A program made the position numbers and the translations under genes. From contig OX597833.1 in assembly GCA_951406725.2 (NCBI GenBank), positions 28,148,001 to 28,212,000 of the forward strand: DNA of 64,000 nt, read 5' to 3'. Shown piece after piece: positions 59,601-64,000 of this stretch (position 1 is the first letter of the stretch; each line of letters opens with the position of its first letter). The DNA comes from Octopus vulgaris. Taxonomy: Eukaryota. Under the pieces are notes generated by a model that saw only the letters and a list, made by a program, of their open reading frames with translations, had not been told where the DNA came from and searched no databases.

Positions 59601-59830
59601 TTGAGGTAGACCCAGGAAGACATGGGATGAGGTGGTGAAGCATGATCTCCAAACTTTGGGCCTCGCAGAGGCAATGACTAGTGACCGAGACTTTTGGCAA
59701 TATGCTGTGCTTGAGAAGATCCGTCAAGCCAAGTGAAATCACAGTCATGGCTGATGCTGGTGTCACATAACCTGCACCCGTACAGTATCACATAACCTGC
59801 ATCCTTGCAGGTGGCACATAAAAAGCACCT
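56640..59830 (+). mobile_element. Near full-length but heavily mutated RTE LINE (APE endonuclease and RT)
   Basis: LRVGTVNV, CIQEVRW, SAYAP, GDFNGHVG (APE); VDLEKAFD and ADDLVL (RT); PHD-like remnant near 58970-59100; many stops. Confidence 0.92.
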
Positions 59831-59967
59831 TTCGATCGTTGACCCAAAATCTTTACCAAGGACTAAGTCCACAGAAAAAAAAAAGTGGCTATAAGAGGAA
59901 TCCAAGTGAGATGACACAGAGATAATGCAAATATGCAAATAAACATCAAGCATCTCTGGATCTTCTT

Positions 59968-60061
<94 letters not shown>

Positions 60062-60087
60062 TTTCACTCCACATGTATTACATGTAC

Positions 60088-60134
<47 letters not shown>

Positions 60135-60419
60135 TGATGTATATATTATGTATACACATGGGCATATGTGCACACACGCATACATATATGTAGGTATGTA
60201 TATACGTATTTATACGTATATGAATACCTGTGATTATGCAAGTCAAAAGCGTGCATATAATTATGAAATTAACATACATGATTAACTGAAAAGTGATAGT
60301 TTACCTCTACATTTAAATTGATTAATTATTAATGTTAATTACATAATTATATAAATGATAATGCTTTTATTCCATTGAAACCTGTCAAAAATAATAACAC
60401 TATGAACCATAGAATTTAT

Positions 60420-61105
60420 TCTTTTTACTCTTTTATCTCTTCTTTTTCTCTTTTATTTGTTTCAGTCATTAGACTGTGACCATGCTGGGGCACCGCCTTG
60501 AATAATTTTTTTAGTTGACTGAAATAGCCACAATAATAATCTTTATTTTTTAAGCCTGATACTCATTCTATCGATCTCTTTTGCTAAACCACTAAGTTAC
60601 AGGGTTGTAAGCACACCAACACCGGTTGTCAAACAGTGGTGGGGTACAAACACAGACACACATATATGACAGGCTTCTTTCAGTCTCTAGTTACTAAATC
60701 CAATCACAAGGCTTTGGTTGGCCTGAGGCTATAGTAGAAAACACTTGCCCAAGGTGCCATGCAGTGGGACTGAACCTGGAATCATATGGTTGGAAGGCAA
60801 ACTTCTTACAACACAGCCACTTTTTAGCTGATTCTGTATATATATGCAAGTTATTTCATCAATATTTCATTATAAAGCAGCAAGCTAGCAGAATCATTAG
60901 CACACCAGGTGAAATGCACAGTGGTATTTCATCTGTCGTTATGTTCTGAGTTCAAATTCCACCAAGGTTGACTTTGCCTTTCATCCTTTTGGGGTTGATT
61001 AAATAAGTACCAGTTACGCACTGGGGTCGATGTAATCGAATTAATCCCTTCGTCTGTCCTTGTTTGAATACTCTATGTTTAGCCCCCTGTGGACAATAAA
61101 AAAAT
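60420..61105. mobile_element. SINE family A (minus, 60420-60820) and family B (plus, 60880-61105)
   Basis: Homology to the other copies in the window. Confidence 0.78.
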
Positions 61106-61218
61106 AAATATTTATTTCATTATAATTATGTATAGGAGTTTAGCAATGTGTTAAGCATTGAGTTCTCAAATGCTGTACATAAATTTTTTGTGATGTTTAT
61201 GCATCAACTCATTATAGA

Positions 61219-62503
61219 TTAGGGTGTCAAGAAAGTTCTTGTGGGATTTTCAATTTTGGTTTTAAATGATGTATTGTCAAATTAATTATCATTAAATTAC
61301 TTTGATTTATATATCATTTTAAAGCCCGTTTTTCACTTTATATAATTGTGTTACTCTTTTTCTTTTTGAATAATTACACCATTTTTTCCGGAACATTCAA
61401 TACAACATGGACAAAAGGCAAATTCGCACAATTTTCTTATTCCAGTTCAAGCTAGGCCGAAAAGCTGCTGAAACAGCTCACGATATCAATGATGCTTTAG
61501 GCCCAGGAACTACTAATGAATGTGCAGCACAATGGTGGTTCAAGAAATTTCGTAGTGGTGACGAGAGTCTTGAAGATGATAAGCGTAGTGGTCAGCCATT
61601 GGATGTTGACAATGATCAACTAAGAGCCTTAGTGGAAGCCAATCCATGCACAACTGTTCGAGAGCTTGCGTCTGAATTAGACATAACATATATGACAATT
61701 TCCAAACACTTGAAAGTGATTGGAAAAACAAAAATACTTGAGAAATGGATGCTGCATGAATTGAACGAAAACCAAAAAAAACACCATTTTGAAGTGTCGT
61801 CTTCCCTTCTTGAACACAACAAGAATGACCAGTTTCTCAACTGGATTGTGACTTGCAATGAAAAGTGGATTCTTTACAACAACCGGCGACACTCAGCTCA
61901 GTGGTTGGATGTCGATGAAGCTCCACAGCACTTCCTGAAGCCAAAGTTGCACCAAAAGAAGGTCACGGGGACTGTTTGGTGATCTGTGGCCGGTCTCACC
62001 CATCACAGCTTTTTGGATCCAGGCGAAACCATTATTGCAGAGAAGTACTGTCAGCAAATAGATAAAATACTGAAGAAACTCTGACAACAACAGCCAGCAT
62101 TGGTCAATAGAAAAAGACCAATTCTTCTCTATGACAATGCTCGGCTGTACGTTGCACAACTGACCCCGCAGAAGTTGAACGAATTGGGCTACGAAACTCT
62201 GCCTCATCCACCATACTCACCAGACCTCTTGCCTATCGACTACCACTTTTTCAAGTATCTCAACAACTTCCTGTGTGAGAAATGCTTCAAAAACCAAGAC
62301 GATGCCAAACACACCTTCAACGACTTCATCGCCACCAAAAGGCAGGATTTTTATGCTACTGGCATAAATATTCTTGTTTCACGTTGGCAAAAGTGTGTTG
62401 ATTTTGATGGTGTTTATTTCGATTAATAAAGTTTAGTTTGAGCCGAGACATGTGCAACTGAATTTAAAGGTTAAAAACCACAAGAACTTTCTAGACAACC
62501 TAA
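61219..62503 (+). mobile_element. Full-length mariner (D,D34D) transposon, inactivated
   Basis: TIRs ttagggtgtcaagaaagttcttgtgg / ccacaagaactttctagacaacctaa. The transposase 61407-62426 is in a single frame with two TGA stops; DNAR...SPDLLPID spacing is 34; the first Asp reads Asn (TCNEKW). Confidence 0.94.
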
Positions 62504-64000
62504 TATATGAAACTCTTCAGCCTCTGGAATCCAACTGAGAGCAAACACAGTATCCTTCCAGATAATATATACATCTGAACTCACTTCTACGTATATCGGT
62601 GTGTGTGTGTGTGTGTGTGAATCATATATAGACACATGCATATATGACCATATACATAAATATACATACATACACATGCACACACACACATACATATATG
62701 GATGGATAGATATATACACACATGCATGCATGGACAGACAGATGGATGGATGGATAGGTATTATGGTGATTTCACTATCTTTACAGATGATTGCTGTCTC
62801 CTTGTGAATCATCATTGTCAATGAAATTTCTGACCTTCCATTCATGACTTTTCATATGAATTAATCAGTCTTGTTGCAAATCTGCATAGTTTGAAGCATA
62901 GATGACAGATAAAAGTTGTAGTGTATTGTGCACTTGCAATTGGCTTGGTTGGCACACATTGTTGCTCCTCTATCATCATAGGATTCTCTGTAGATTGGAT
63001 GACAAATGAGGTCATCTGTATGTCATTGGATAAAGTGATAAATACTTCACATGATGAGTACCACTCCCTGCATCCCCGTGATTAGTACCTGGTGACAGGT
63101 TGAAGTGAGATGACTAATAATCATGTGAAACCACAGGTTTTACACCAGAATATCCCTTTCCTAAAAGGACGCTGTGACAACAGCTAGAGGTCCTTCACTC
63201 CTGGTAGTTATAGAAGTAAGATCACATTCATACAGATGTTAAATTTATTTCAACCATTTGAAGTATTTCAAATTTTCATTAGATGCTTTACAAATTTTCT
63301 ACCCTTACGTGGCTTTACATACTGATGACAAACATTGCATTCCATTTTCCTAGCAATTGATAATAAAGAAGTTTCAAGCATTTAAAGTTCTGCAATTTTA
63401 GCTAATCGAAAACTGCCATTACTGACATATCAAAAATCACAGCTGTCGTCATGGCAACACATTTTTTCTGTAATAAAAGAAAATGCCGAGAATCTGTATC
63501 CATGAGAAAAGGCACAAAGTTAGAAGGGGGTACCCTTCCTCTTAGGAGTTCAATTTTGCTTTTAAGTTGCTAGGTACAACAATTAATTCTATTGGGAATA
63601 AAATTTTACAGTAATCTGTGTGGAGCATATTCACACAGTCAAGAGATACCAAGCTGCCACTTTCAGCATTGAACAGTGAACCACACACAACATTGAGTTT
63701 GTCAGCCTTCAAGACAGGACCCACACTCAAGAAGTAGAAAGTACTTGAGCCTATCTTAAGTGTGGAAACAAACAGCATTGTGGCACTCCTCCTCCTACAG
63801 TAGACTCATATTTCCATGAATTCATGTAGCAAAGTGTGACCTATTCGGAAAACTATTTGAATGTATTTTAAATACATAGCAAAAATTCGAGAATAAAAAT
63901 TCTGTCTCCAGTAAATACTTTTGAAAAAGAATTCAATGTTCAGCATGCAAAACCACATACATCAGTGTAGGAAATATGAAAAAAAGCTGGCAAAATTTGA

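Noticed and set aside
61407-62426. SETMAR-like domesticated gene
   Set aside because: No SET domain, in-frame stops, and intact TIRs indicate an ordinary dead mariner.
62780-64000. Next LRR exon or a separate gene (ORF 63542-63778)
   Set aside because: The AG acceptors I tested give early stops or no LRR pattern. Part of the region looks like a very old LINE 3' end, too decayed to call.

Overview
AT-rich, microsatellite-dense eukaryotic DNA. The SINE/LINE repertoire suggests an octopus-like coleoid cephalopod (inference, not verified). The window lies inside a plus-strand gene for a ribonuclease-inhibitor-type (28-aa) leucine-rich-repeat protein resembling LRRC74A/B. I traced nine phase-compatible GT-AG coding exons from 607 to 37306 (1025 nt, about 342 codons); the start codon and the 3' exons are not in view. 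The introns are packed with decayed mobile DNA: RTE LINEs sitting in (TA)n tracts whose RT carries an inserted PHD-like C4HC3 finger, Penelope-like elements with hammerhead-ribozyme motifs and inverted ends, CR1 and R4-like LINE tails, Tc1, DD37D and two mariner transposons, nested TTAA MITEs, an internally deleted Gypsy element, tRNA-related SINEs, and a 2.6-kb non-autonomous Helitron that splits a Penelope ORF exactly at A|T. The most unusual structure is 9264-11714. It is a TSD-flanked composite of two divergently oriented LTRs around a tandem array of tRNA-Trp 3'-end copies, each fused to an LTR-end fragment. The copies extend past the normal 18-nt primer-binding site and lack one base at the m1A58 position. 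Most ORFs in the supplied track are microsatellite artefacts.
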